Positions 9,803 to 19,555 of a stretch of 64,000 bases of DNA are shown here, piece after piece. The position numbers and the translations under genes are program-made. How positions within the stretch are numbered: the stretch's first letter is position 1; the number at the start of each line of letters is the position of its first letter. Source of the stretch: Cyclobacteriaceae bacterium (GTDB lineage Bacteria > Bacteroidota > Bacteroidia > Cytophagales > Cyclobacteriaceae). The notes under the pieces were generated by a model that searched no databases, was not told the origin of the DNA, and saw nothing but the letters and a program-made list of their open reading frames with translations. Where the stretch lies: the NCBI GenBank assembly GCA_049840975.1, contig JASGIR010000069.1, forward strand, positions 4,837 to 68,836, written 5' to 3'.

Positions 9803-10789
9803 ATGCAAGAAGTAGGCTTTATTTTCATTGTGTTTGTTGCCATCATTGGCTTTTTCATGTTCATGTATTTTGTGCCGGTGGGATTATGGATTACCGCAAT
9901 CTTTGCTGGTGTAAAAGTCACGATAGGTGAACTCATTGGGATGCATATTCGCAAAGTACCACCAAGTGTTATCGTGAACTCACTCATTACTGCAACTAAA
10001 GCCGGCCTTCAAGTGACCACTCGAGAATTGGAAACGCACTACCTCGCTGGAGGAAATGTTCCCAACGTGATTCGTGCACTGATTTCAGCTGACAAAGCGA
10101 ATATCAATTTAAGTTTCAAACAAGCTACAGCAATTGACCTTGCTGGTCGTGATGTGTTTGAAGCTGTTCAGATTTCAGTAAATCCGAAAGTGATCAACAC
10201 ACCTAAAGTCGCTGCGGTTGCTGCCGATGGTATTCAGTTGATTGCCATCGCGCGCGTAACCGTGCGCGCAAGCATTCAACAATTGGTCGGTGGTGCGGGT
10301 GAAGAAACAATTCTTGCACGTGTTGGCGAAGGTATCGTTACTTCAATTGGTTCGGCTAAATCACATAAAGAAGTATTGGAGAACCCTGACAAAATTTCAA
10401 AACTTGTTCTTTCTCGCGGACTTGACGCAGGAACAGCGTTTGAGATTCTTTCAATCGATATTGCTGACGTTGATGTCGGGGCAAACATTGGCGCAAAGTT
10501 GCAAACAGATCAAGCTGCTGCAGACTTAAAAGTAGCCGAAGCAAAAGCTGAAGAACGCAGAGCAATGGCAGTGGCTGTAGAACAAGAGATGAAAGCAAAA
10601 GCTCAAGAAGCTCGTGCCAAAGTAATTGAGGCTGAAGCTGAAATTCCAAAGTCGATCGCTCAAGCATTTGTGAATGGGAACCTTGGGGTGATGGATTATT
10701 ACAAAATGCAAAACGTGCAAGCTGATACCGAAATGCGTCAATCGATTTCAGGTTCTGGAAAAGGAAACCAGCCAAATCCTCAGAAATAA
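9803..10789 (+). CDS. floA: Flotillin-like protein FloA (YqfA)
   Basis: [38 protein letters not shown]. Confidence 0.95.
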   Translation: MQEVGFIFIVFVAIIGFFMFMYFVPVGLWITAIFAGVKVTIGELIGMHIRKVPPSVIVNSLITATKAGLQVTTRELETHYLAGGNVPNVIRALISADKANINLSFKQATAIDLAGRDVFEAVQISVNPKVINTPKVAAVAADGIQLIAIARVTVRASIQQLVGGAGEETILARVGEGIVTSIGSAKSHKEVLENPDKISKLVLSRGLDAGTAFEILSIDIADVDVGANIGAKLQTDQAAADLKVAEAKAEERRAMAVAVEQEMKAKAQEARAKVIEAEAEIPKSIAQAFVNGNLGVMDYYKMQNVQADTEMRQSISGSGKGNQPNPQK

Positions 10790-10814
10790 TTTCACATCGA
10801 AATAAATAGAAAGC

Positions 10815-10840
10815 AGCCCTCTTAGGAGGGCTTTCTTTTT
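10815..10840 (+). terminator. Rho-independent terminator after floA
   Basis: AGCCCTC-TTAG-GAGGGCT hairpin followed by a T-rich tract. Confidence 0.8.
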
Positions 10841-10852
10841 GAAAAAGAAATT

Positions 10853-12082
10853 TTAGAGACTATAGGTGACACCCAACCCGCCTGAAAGATACGATTGATG
10901 TGTTTGTGGATTGGGCGAACCTGGATAGTTAAAACTTAAAGGGCCCTTCCCTGTTTCGTACCTGAAAACAATTTGAGCGGAGATTTTTCCAAGTTCCGCC
11001 CTGAGGCCAACACCCCCTAGCGGCAAAAAAGAAATCGGGGTCACTTGGAATGGGTCACTCCAATGAAAAGTATTTCCATGTACAGAAGGCGATCCTGGGT
11101 CTCCTGAATTTGCTGTTACTACTGAAATGCCAAAATACGTGAACGGGTAAATTTTTTGATTTTGCTTCTTAAAATTATACCCCACATAAATCGGAGTTTT
11201 AAACAAGTTAATTGTCTGATCAACGCTGTAAGTGTAATTCGAAGTAATTGAAGAATTGAATTTAATTTTTTGAAAAAGAAATTCCATCGCAAAATAGATT
11301 TTGCCTCTCATGCGATGGGGTGCTGCCTGGATAGAAAAACCATAGCTGGTTGTTGAAATGTTTTTAAGGCGTGATAGCGAAACAAAATCTTTGGCATACT
11401 GAACAAGATTATTTGATTCTTGATCGACCCTCGTAAGCGGATCAAAATTTGAGATCATCAATTGAGAATAAAGGAATGAAGTGCCCACACTTATGTTTAT
11501 AAGTCTTTCTGCTTTTTTCTCTGAAATTTTCTTTACCTCAAAACATTCGTTGTATTGATCAATTAGTTTGATCAGGGCTTTTTTCGAAAACTCACACTGC
11601 GCGATTTTATTTGCAATTTTTTGACAGTCTCTTAATAAATAGCCAAGTACACTCAGATATTCCTTTGCTTGATACAAATAAGGTTGGCCATCACGCTCTG
11701 CAGTCTTAGATGCGTTGAGTAGTTCTGTGACATTTCCGTCTGCATTATGAATAAAAAACTTGCCTTTGATTAATAGTAAGTCGGCTTTTCCCCAGGAAAG
11801 AAGTTCGGCAAAGTTTTTTAAGGCTGGCTCGTATTTGTAATTACTTCCATCAACAAAACCATATCCTTTTATTCTGTCTTCTAGAAAAAACTCAACACTA
11901 TCTTTTTGATTTTTCTTAAATCCGCAGCCCATATAATTGGCAACACCAAATCTGAGTAAACAAAAACCTTTTGTTGTATCTCCAGCGAGGTTTATTATGT
12001 ATCCAGATCTGAAATCTTTTTGAGACATGACATCAGATGCTGAAACCAAAAGAACTAGCACAAATAGAAAGAGAGATTTCAT
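10853..12082 (-). CDS. Outer-membrane beta-barrel protein with N-terminal soluble domain (Bacteroidota hypothetical)
   Basis: Signal peptide from MKSLF; DFRSGYII...GDT..G motif; alternating C-terminal strands ending GLGVTYSL. Confidence 0.6.
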   Translation of the reverse strand: MKSLFLFVLVLLVSASDVMSQKDFRSGYIINLAGDTTKGFCLLRFGVANYMGCGFKKNQKDSVEFFLEDRIKGYGFVDGSNYKYEPALKNFAELLSWGKADLLLIKGKFFIHNADGNVTELLNASKTAERDGQPYLYQAKEYLSVLGYLLRDCQKIANKIAQCEFSKKALIKLIDQYNECFEVKKISEKKAERLINISVGTSFLYSQLMISNFDPLTRVDQESNNLVQYAKDFVSLSRLKNISTTSYGFSIQAAPHRMRGKIYFAMEFLFQKIKFNSSITSNYTYSVDQTINLFKTPIYVGYNFKKQNQKIYPFTYFGISVVTANSGDPGSPSVHGNTFHWSDPFQVTPISFLPLGGVGLRAELGKISAQIVFRYETGKGPLSFNYPGSPNPQTHQSYLSGGLGVTYSL

Positions 12083-12112
12083 GGTCAGAAACTGAACCAA
12101 GGTCGCATTAAC

Positions 12113-12340
12113 TTATAAACCCAATTTAATCTGATCAGAATAAAACTTCATTCGCGAATGAGAACGATCAAGCAAATCAATTTTTTCGATCATCGCTTTC
12201 TTGTGATTGACAAAGACTTCCACGTAATCGTCTCCCAATAAATACAAATTAACTTTGTGACTATAATAACGGATTGCTGTTACGAAAGTGCCGTGACGAT
12301 AAAGTGTCTGCACTTTGTCGTCAAGAGATTTTTTTTTCAA
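12113..12340 (-). CDS. Small hypothetical protein
   Basis: 75-aa ORF fills the gap; protein-like sequence (VNLYLL...VEVF); start uncertain. Confidence 0.55.
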   Translation of the reverse strand: MKKKSLDDKVQTLYRHGTFVTAIRYYSHKVNLYLLGDDYVEVFVNHKKAMIEKIDLLDRSHSRMKFYSDQIKLGL

Positions 12341-12437
12341 TTCAGCCCACGGAAAATCATGGAAACGAAGATACGAAATAGTAAATCGAGAACATTAATG
12401 CATTTGTCAGGATTTATTTCTCTAATTAAATTGTGAG

Positions 12438-13127
12438 ATGCAGCTGTCCCTTTCAAAGCAACTGATTTGGCTTATTGTCTTTAGTATTGCAATGGGCTTC
12501 CTCGAAGGTGCTGTCGTTGTTTACCTAAGGATGATTTATTATCCGCATGGATTTAATTTTCCGTTAACAATACTTGATTCTCGCACGGGGCTTGTTGAGT
12601 TTTTCAGAGAGGCTGCAACCATTGTCATGCTCGCAGGAGTCAGTATTCTTGGCGGAAAAAATAAATATCAACGTTGGGCTTTTTTTCTTATCGCTTTCGC
12701 AGTTTGGGATTTAATCTATTACGTAGCACTCAAACTTATCCTCGATTGGCCGTCATCTCTTCTCGCCTGGGATATTCTTTTCCTTATTCCTGTGCCTTGG
12801 GTTGGACCAGTGCTATCTCCAATCATAGTCTGCTTTTTGATGCTACTGCTTGCGGCCATTATTTTGGAGAAAGATCACAAACAAAAGCATCAAAAATTTC
12901 ATTGGCGAGAACTAGTCTTTCTCTTCATTGGAAGCTTTGTTATTATTTTATCCTGGACTTGGGATTTTATTGCTTATAGCGGAAGCATCGCAAGTACACC
13001 TCATAAATCGCTTGATACATTTTCAACGTATGTCCCGACCTCTTTTAATTGGGCATTGTTTGGAGTCGGTGCAGTAATGGTCAGCACAGCGATAGCTTTA
13101 TACTGGAAGGGCAAAAAATTCTTATGA
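12438..13127 (+). CDS. Conserved integral membrane protein
   Basis: Multiple TM helices; AMGFLEGAVVVYLR, REAATIVML, WDILFLIPVPWVGPV. Confidence 0.75.
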   Translation: MQLSLSKQLIWLIVFSIAMGFLEGAVVVYLRMIYYPHGFNFPLTILDSRTGLVEFFREAATIVMLAGVSILGGKNKYQRWAFFLIAFAVWDLIYYVALKLILDWPSSLLAWDILFLIPVPWVGPVLSPIIVCFLMLLLAAIILEKDHKQKHQKFHWRELVFLFIGSFVIILSWTWDFIAYSGSIASTPHKSLDTFSTYVPTSFNWALFGVGAVMVSTAIALYWKGKKFL

Positions 13128-13174
13128 GATTTTGAAACACACAACCCGCTTACGCCAAAAGACGTATTGGCACT

Positions 13175-13804
13175 ATGCTTCAAGTCACCCAAGTCCAAAA
13201 AATATATTCCGAAAAAACAATCCTAACTATTCCTGATCTAAAAATTAGGGAAGGCATTTATTGGCTCAAGGGACATAATGGTTCGGGCAAGTCTACCTTT
13301 TTAAAAATAATTAGTGGGCTCATTCCTTTTGACGGTGAAGTCGAACTTCTCAGCTCAAATCTGAAAAAAAATGGAGTCGAATATCGAAGACTTGTAAGTT
13401 ATGCTGAAGCGGAGCCACTTTATCCTGAGTTTCTCTCAGGAAAAGATTTGATTCGGTTTTATAATTCAATAAGAAAATCAAATGAAAAGAAATCAAATGA
13501 ATTGTTAGATCGATTTGGAATCAGCAACTACTATGAGAATCCCATAGGCACTTATTCAAGCGGGATGGCCAAGAAACTTTCACTTCTGTTGGCATTCATC
13601 GGAGAAACAAAATTCATTTTTTTGGATGAACCATTTGTAACTCTTGATTCATCAACCGTTCAGGTGTTAATTAGTGTCATCAAAGAATTTCATTCGCAAG
13701 GCCGCAGTTTTATATTCACTTCGCATCAATCGTCCGAAACAAATGCTTTGCCATTGACATCAGAGCTGATTGCCCAAAACAACTCAGTATGCTTCCAGTC
13801 ATAA
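13175..13804 (+). CDS. ABC transporter ATP-binding protein
   Basis: GHNGSGKST Walker A, YSSGM signature, FLDEP Walker B. Confidence 0.92.
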   Translation: MLQVTQVQKIYSEKTILTIPDLKIREGIYWLKGHNGSGKSTFLKIISGLIPFDGEVELLSSNLKKNGVEYRRLVSYAEAEPLYPEFLSGKDLIRFYNSIRKSNEKKSNELLDRFGISNYYENPIGTYSSGMAKKLSLLLAFIGETKFIFLDEPFVTLDSSTVQVLISVIKEFHSQGRSFIFTSHQSSETNALPLTSELIAQNNSVCFQS

Positions 13805-14880
13805 AAACCGTTAACGCGATTTTGGTTAGAAAATTTTATGAGCGCCATGCCGGCCTTTTATTCTTTGTATTCTATTTCATGTTTGGAATGGTGGAGTCAG
13901 GGCAAATTAAAAGTTACCATTTAGGATTGATTTATGGCGCGCTGAGTTCACCGCTGATGATGCTCATCGTTTTTGCAATCTGGCTTCTTTATCTGACAAA
14001 AGGAATGTTGTTTTTTGATGAATGTATTTCACGACCGCAAAATTTATTTTTTAAACAAGTCAGTTTATTAGACAAACGGGCGCAGTTCTTTCTTTTCAGT
14101 TATGCCTATTTAATTATATATCAACCAGTACTAATTTATTCGATCGTCATGATTGCAGTTGCCTTCAGCAAAAAAGCAATCTGGATGGCAGCAAGTATGA
14201 TTGCATTTCACTTTTTAGCAATCAGTCTGTGTTCATTGAGGTCAGTCTACCGCATCAACAACACGAAATCACCTCGACTGATAATTCCAACACTTCGTTG
14301 GCCATTCACACTATCACCACCAATGTTTTATGTTGGACTGCTGACAAGTCGTTTTAAGATCATGCTCTTCCTCACAAAAATAGCTTCAATCATTAGTCTC
14401 CTTGGCTTTCTTCAAATTCAGTTGGATCAATATGAACCTCGACTTGCATACCTTGGAATGATAATAGCAATCTTATCTTATTCAGTCATCATCTTCGAAT
14501 GGAGACGATTTGAAGATTCTAGTTTACAATTTACACGAGCTCTGCCGATCAATTTACATCAGCGCTTTCTAATCATTGCGATTGCTTACGCCATTCTACT
14601 AATTCCCGAATTCGTTGTGTTGCTTGCACAAAGATTTTATCCATGGCACGCACTCATCGCGATTCTATTGAGTATTGGTTTCGCCTTATTCCTTCATACA
14701 TCTTTATATAAAGAATTAAATAACGATCATCATTTGCGAAGAGTCCTGTGGTTATTTCTGATCGCTTTCTTTTTTGCGCTTTCCAAGCTGGGCCTACCAA
14801 TGGCAATTTTACTAGTGATGGTAAGCTGGTGGCAATTCCGAAAGAACTTTATGGCTTATGAGCCATCAGCAAATATTTGA
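13789..14880 (+). CDS. Polytopic membrane protein, probable ABC exporter permease
   Basis: About 10 hydrophobic segments; overlaps the ATPase gene. Confidence 0.6.
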   Translation: MLPVIKTVNAILVRKFYERHAGLLFFVFYFMFGMVESGQIKSYHLGLIYGALSSPLMMLIVFAIWLLYLTKGMLFFDECISRPQNLFFKQVSLLDKRAQFFLFSYAYLIIYQPVLIYSIVMIAVAFSKKAIWMAASMIAFHFLAISLCSLRSVYRINNTKSPRLIIPTLRWPFTLSPPMFYVGLLTSRFKIMLFLTKIASIISLLGFLQIQLDQYEPRLAYLGMIIAILSYSVIIFEWRRFEDSSLQFTRALPINLHQRFLIIAIAYAILLIPEFVVLLAQRFYPWHALIAILLSIGFALFLHTSLYKELNNDHHLRRVLWLFLIAFFFALSKLGLPMAILLVMVSWWQFRKNFMAYEPSANI

Positions 14881-14893
14881 AGGGAGGGACAAT

Positions 14894-14920
14894 AAAAAAA
14901 GCCTCATAAAGAGGCTTTTA
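14894..14920 (-). terminator. Terminator downstream of tRNA-His (possibly bidirectional)
   Basis: AAAAGCCTC-ATAAA-GAGGCTTTT hairpin with A/T tracts on both sides. Confidence 0.75.
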
Positions 14921-14928
14921 ATTTTTAG

Positions 14929-15003
14929 GGCGAGCAATGGGGCTCGAACCCACGACCCTCAGAATCACAATCTGATGCTCTAACCAACTGAGCTATGCCC
15001 GCC
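14929..15003 (-). tRNA. tRNA-His: tRNA-His (GTG), with encoded G-1 and no encoded CCA
   Basis: Reverse complement GGCGGGCATAGCTCAGTTGGTTAGAGCATCAGATTGTGATTCTGAGGGTCGTGGGTTCGAGCCCCATTGCTCGCC; anticodon arm TCAGA-TTGTGAT-TCTGA; GGTTCGA T-loop. Confidence 0.97.
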
Positions 15004-15033
15004 ATTTACCCTGCCTTTACGGACAAGGGATTG

Positions 15034-15041
15034 CAAAGGTA
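15034..15041 (-). promoter_or_regulatory. Bacteroidota -7 promoter element for tRNA-His
   Basis: TACCTTTG on the minus strand matches TAnnTTTG, 30 nt upstream of the tRNA. Confidence 0.65.
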
Positions 15042-15067
15042 ACATGGTATGCTGAAAATGCAAAAAC

Positions 15068-16405
15068 CTACCTAGAAAAGGTCAATCGCTGGCCAGAATC
15101 TCCTTCAATGATTTTTCCTTCTGAATAAACTTTGTTTCCCGAAACCCAAGTTTTTTCAACCGAAGAAGTGAACGTTTGACCTTCAAATGGCGACCAACCA
15201 CAATGCGCCAAAATATTTTTTTTACTTACCGTCCAAGGTTTATTCAGATCAACCAGTGCCAAATCAGCAAAATATCCTTCACGAATAAAACCTCGATTTT
15301 CTATTTGGAAAAGAATCGCTGGATGATGGCTCATTTTTTCTACGATCTTTTCAAGAGAAATTTTTCCTTGATGAAAAAACTGCAACATCGCCACCAAGCT
15401 ATGCTGAACTAACGGCCCACCTGATGGAGCTTTGAAATAAGAATTATTTTTTTCGTCCGAAGTATGGGGCGCGTGATCCGTTGCAATTACATCAATGTGG
15501 TTATCGAGCACAGCATTTAAAATAGCTTGCTGATCGTCTGCGGTTTTAATCGCGGGGTTCCATTTTATTTTTGTGCCCAGTGTGTCATAATCTTTTTCAT
15601 TGAACCAAAGATGATGAACGCAAGCCTCAGCAGTGATTTTCTTTTTCTCTAATGGAATCGAATTGTCGAATAAAGAAATTTCCTTCGCTGTAGAAATGTG
15701 AAGAATATGAAGTTTTGTTCCGTGTTTTTTCGCGAGTCCAACAGCAAATGATGAGGAACGATAGCAAGCTTCTTCGCTGCGAATTTTCATATGCTCATGA
15801 ATTGGCACATCTTCACCAAACTTGTTCTTCCAGTCTTCTGTATTTTTTCGAATTGTTGGCTCGTGTTCACAATGCGTGGCTATCAGCGTAGGAAATTTTG
15901 AAAAAAATCCTTCGAGCGTTTTCTCATTGTCGACCAAGAGATTTCCCGTAGACGAGCCCATAAAAATTTTTAGGCCGCATACTTTTTTGATATCAGTCTT
16001 TAAAACTTCCTCAAGATTGCCATTCGATGCTCCGATGAAAAAAGAATGATTTGCTAGAGAATTTTTCGCAGCGATCTGAAATTTCTGTTCCAGCAACTCT
16101 TGAGTAAAGACAGGCGGAACTGTATTCGGCATCTCCATAAAGCTGGTGACACCACCAGCAACGGCAGCTCGTGACTCCGAAAAAATATTTCCCTTATGCG
16201 TAAGTCCAGGCTCACGAAAATGGACTTGATCATCAATGGCTCCAGGCAAAAGATATTTTCCGGATGCATCAACGACTTCATCGGCTGAAATAGATTGCAA
16301 ATCTTTTCCGATTTTTTCAATCCGCTGTCCGCGAATAAGCACATCGCTTTCGAAAACTTTGCCTTCGTTTACAATTTTTGCGTTAAGAATAAGAGTTGTC
16401 TTCAT
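15068..16405 (-). CDS. pyrC: Dihydroorotase
   Basis: DDQVHFREPG, EMPNT, KIFMGSSTG, ATDHAPH. Confidence 0.92.
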   Translation of the reverse strand: MKTTLILNAKIVNEGKVFESDVLIRGQRIEKIGKDLQSISADEVVDASGKYLLPGAIDDQVHFREPGLTHKGNIFSESRAAVAGGVTSFMEMPNTVPPVFTQELLEQKFQIAAKNSLANHSFFIGASNGNLEEVLKTDIKKVCGLKIFMGSSTGNLLVDNEKTLEGFFSKFPTLIATHCEHEPTIRKNTEDWKNKFGEDVPIHEHMKIRSEEACYRSSSFAVGLAKKHGTKLHILHISTAKEISLFDNSIPLEKKKITAEACVHHLWFNEKDYDTLGTKIKWNPAIKTADDQQAILNAVLDNHIDVIATDHAPHTSDEKNNSYFKAPSGGPLVQHSLVAMLQFFHQGKISLEKIVEKMSHHPAILFQIENRGFIREGYFADLALVDLNKPWTVSKKNILAHCGWSPFEGQTFTSSVEKTWVSGNKVYSEGKIIEGDSGQRLTFSR

Positions 16406-16419
16406 TACCTTGCAAAGAT

Positions 16420-17667
16420 ATGCAGTGGAGCGACTTTAAACTTAATAAACAACTTTTTCAAGCTATCGAAGAAGCTGGGTTTGCAGCGCCCACTGAAATC
16501 CAGCAAAAGTGCATTCCGTTGATTTTAGGCGGCCAGCAAGTCATTGGTATAGCTCAGACAGGTACCGGAAAAACTGCTGCTTATGTTCTGCCTCTGCTGA
16601 TGAAAATAAAATTCGCGCAAGGCAACGACCCGCGTGCGCTAGTCTTGGTTCCAACCAAGGAACTTGCAGTCCAAATTCATTCACACGCTTCGAAACTTGC
16701 AAAATTTACTGACTTAAGACTTGCTGTTTTATATGGTGGCGTTGGACCAAAAACACAAATCGAAGAAATAAAAAAAGGAACCGACATTATTATTTCCACT
16801 CCAGGTCGTTTCATGGAAATTTATTTGCGAAACGAAATTCCAACGAAGCAAATCAAGGCTCTTGTAATCGATGAGGCTGATCGAATGATGGATATGGGTT
16901 TCATGCCACAGCTCCGGAAAATTTTTGAAGTGCTACCACCCAAGCGGCAAAATCTTTTGTTCTCTGCCACATTTCCTGAAAAAGTGGAGAGACTCTCACA
17001 AGAGTTTTTAGAATTCCCAACCAAAGTTGAAGTTACACCTCAAGCGACAACAGCTTCGCAAGTAGAGCAAACGGTTTATCACATTCCGAATCTTCGAACG
17101 AAGATTAATTTTCTCGAACACTTACTAGCCTCTTCAAATGGGTTTGATCGTGTGATGATTTTTACGCGAACTAAAGGAGCAGCTGACAATGTTTTCAAAT
17201 TCATAGAACGAAGAAAATTGGGACCAGCTAGAGTTATTCATTCCAACAAAGGTCAAAATACTAGGATCAACGCGATGAATGAATTTCGCGAAGGACAACT
17301 TCGTGTGCTTGTTGCTACTGATGTTGCCGCCAGAGGAATCGATGTTGAGAAAGTTTCACATGTCATCAACTTTGATGTTCCGATTTTATATGAAGATTAT
17401 GTGCATCGCATTGGTAGAACAGGGCGAGCATTTCAAGACGGGGTTGCAATTACTTTTGCCACAAAGGCTGAACTATATCATATAAAGAAAATCGAAAAAC
17501 TGATTCGTGAAAAAATTCCGGTGAGGAAATTGCCAAACGAAATCAAGATTGAAGAAACTCCTTTTGAAGAACAGCAGGAGATGGCAAGAGAAATCGATCG
17601 ACAGAAAAGAAGGGAAGACCCCGAATACCAAGGAGCATTTCACGAAAGAAAAGGAGCACGAAAATAA
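16420..17667 (+). CDS. DEAD-box RNA helicase
   Basis: Q motif, AQTGTGKT, PTKEL, DEAD, SAT, HRIGRTGR; ATG at 16420. Confidence 0.95.
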   Translation: MQWSDFKLNKQLFQAIEEAGFAAPTEIQQKCIPLILGGQQVIGIAQTGTGKTAAYVLPLLMKIKFAQGNDPRALVLVPTKELAVQIHSHASKLAKFTDLRLAVLYGGVGPKTQIEEIKKGTDIIISTPGRFMEIYLRNEIPTKQIKALVIDEADRMMDMGFMPQLRKIFEVLPPKRQNLLFSATFPEKVERLSQEFLEFPTKVEVTPQATTASQVEQTVYHIPNLRTKINFLEHLLASSNGFDRVMIFTRTKGAADNVFKFIERRKLGPARVIHSNKGQNTRINAMNEFREGQLRVLVATDVAARGIDVEKVSHVINFDVPILYEDYVHRIGRTGRAFQDGVAITFATKAELYHIKKIEKLIREKIPVRKLPNEIKIEETPFEEQQEMAREIDRQKRREDPEYQGAFHERKGARK

Positions 17668-17670
17668 TTC

Positions 17671-18849
17671 TCACACCACATACAGCACCAATCCTTTCAA
17701 ATACTCACCTTCTGGATGGTAGATAGAAACCGGGTGATCTGCCGGCTGGCCAATGTGTTGAAGTACTTTGATTTCACGACCCGCTTGTATTGCCGCTGAC
17801 ACAACGGTATCATAAAACAATTGCTTATCGACAACTTGAGAGCATGAGAAAGTGAAAATAATTCCATTCGGCTTAATTATTTTCATCGCTTCAGCATTCA
17901 GTCGTTGATATCCTTTCATCGCTTGATGCCTCGCGTCTTTATGTTTCGCGAATGCAGGAGGATCAAGTATGATCAAATCGTATTTGTCTTTTTTGTCTTT
18001 GAGAAAATCAAAAGTATCAACAGCAAAACACTCGTGTTGATTGGGGTCAAAACCATTGAGTTCAATATTCTTTCGTGTAAGCTCGATCGCTTTTTCGGAA
18101 GCATCTACCGAATGAACTAAAGACGCACCCGCATTCAATGCATAAACAGAAAAACCTCCGGTATAACAAAAAGTGTTGAGCACAGATATTCCTTTGCTCA
18201 TCTGTCCCAATAATTTTCTGTTCTCTCTTTGATCAAGAAAAAAACCTGTCTTTTGTCCTTCTTCCCAATCCACCAAAAATTTATTTCCATGTTCAGTCAC
18301 CACGTGAGGCACAACACCCATACCGAGCAAATACTCGTTTTCAGTTTTCGTATTTAACGTGCTTTGGCTTTTGTAATAAACCACATGAATTTGATTCCCA
18401 AGATTTGAATTTATTGCCTCCGCTATTTTGTGTCGATCATTGTGCATGCCTGCACTATGTGCTTGCATCACTGCAACTCCGTTGTAAACATCAATGATCA
18501 ATCCTGGCAATCCATCGCCTTCACCGTGAGCCAAACGAAAACAGTTGGTACGCTCATTAATTACTTTGGTGAACACACGCTGATTGAATGCGCTTTCAAT
18601 TTTATTTTTATAAATAAGGTCATCAGGTTTATTTTTTGAAAACGAGAGCAATCGAACAGAGATCGTTCCTTTCTGAAAATGCCCAAACCCAAGTGTTTCT
18701 TTTTGAAAATCTTTCACCTCCACCCATTCACCATCTTCTGGATTTCCATCGGTAGACTGAATTGCACCTGAAAAAACCCAAGGATGAAATCGTTTGACAG
18801 ACGCCTCTCGACCACGCTTTAGAAAAATAGTTCCAGAAATTTTTATCAT
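17671..18849 (-). CDS. rlmI: 23S rRNA m5C1962 methyltransferase, RlmI family
   Basis: HPWVFSGAI PUA domain, GQKTGFFLDQRENR, DPPAFAK, SCS. Confidence 0.88.
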   Translation of the reverse strand: MIKISGTIFLKRGREASVKRFHPWVFSGAIQSTDGNPEDGEWVEVKDFQKETLGFGHFQKGTISVRLLSFSKNKPDDLIYKNKIESAFNQRVFTKVINERTNCFRLAHGEGDGLPGLIIDVYNGVAVMQAHSAGMHNDRHKIAEAINSNLGNQIHVVYYKSQSTLNTKTENEYLLGMGVVPHVVTEHGNKFLVDWEEGQKTGFFLDQRENRKLLGQMSKGISVLNTFCYTGGFSVYALNAGASLVHSVDASEKAIELTRKNIELNGFDPNQHECFAVDTFDFLKDKKDKYDLIILDPPAFAKHKDARHQAMKGYQRLNAEAMKIIKPNGIIFTFSCSQVVDKQLFYDTVVSAAIQAGREIKVLQHIGQPADHPVSIYHPEGEYLKGLVLYVV

Positions 18850-19271
18850 TTGACTTTTGTGAGGAGATAATCAATGGTTTTACTTCCGTCACCAATTGAA
18901 GCTTTGATATGTGTGTCGTCAGTCTTGCGGTAAGCAATCATTTTCGGAAAATCGTGCTGAGGGTTTTCCGCGACAAAAGAATTTTTGTCGAATGAAGTTA
19001 TTTTAAATTCAACTGCTCCCTGCGGACCAGCAACATCGGGAACGTAATAAAAATCATTTCCCTTCTTTATCAACTTGATTTCTTCGGTTACAATTTTCTT
19101 GTCGCCATCCATTTTAAATGATTCTGCGGAAAGAAATCCGTTTCCGTTTTTCCACACTTCGAAAGCTTGCTTGCCTTCTTCCTTCCAAGTTCCCAACAGC
19201 CAAGAAAACTCCTTCTGTTGAGCAAACGAGCCAGTAGCAATGAATGCGAAAACAATGATTAAAAGCTTCAT
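18846..19271 (-). CDS. DUF6265-like exported protein
   Basis: Signal peptide; WLLGTW, E.W, ENPQHDFP. Confidence 0.75.
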   Translation of the reverse strand: MKLLIIVFAFIATGSFAQQKEFSWLLGTWKEEGKQAFEVWKNGNGFLSAESFKMDGDKKIVTEEIKLIKKGNDFYYVPDVAGPQGAVEFKITSFDKNSFVAENPQHDFPKMIAYRKTDDTHIKASIGDGSKTIDYLLTKVK

Positions 19272-19555
19272 TATTTTAATGTTATAAAGGCAAAATTAAC
19301 CATAAATAGCTAAGCCCATTTTAGGCTCAAAAACCTCGAAAATTCAAGAAATTCGAAATTCAACAGATTTAACAAAGAAAAAATGTCAGTTGTGGAACAT
19401 TTAAAACCTGTTTGGCATATTTTTCGTAAATATCACACCACTAAATAATACATTGCCCTGATGGCGTTGAGCAGTGCGGTTCAAATTCTATTAAAAATTA
19501 AACTTTTTTGTGGCCGTAGTTCATCCCCATCATCAATGGGAAAAATTAAATATGT

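Noticed and set aside
9328-10789. nfeD-floA pair as a novel system
   Set aside because: This is a well-known conserved operon.
14880-15060. tRNA-His as an integration site for an island
   Set aside because: I saw no duplicated tRNA 3' end or integrase nearby, and a terminator follows the tRNA directly.
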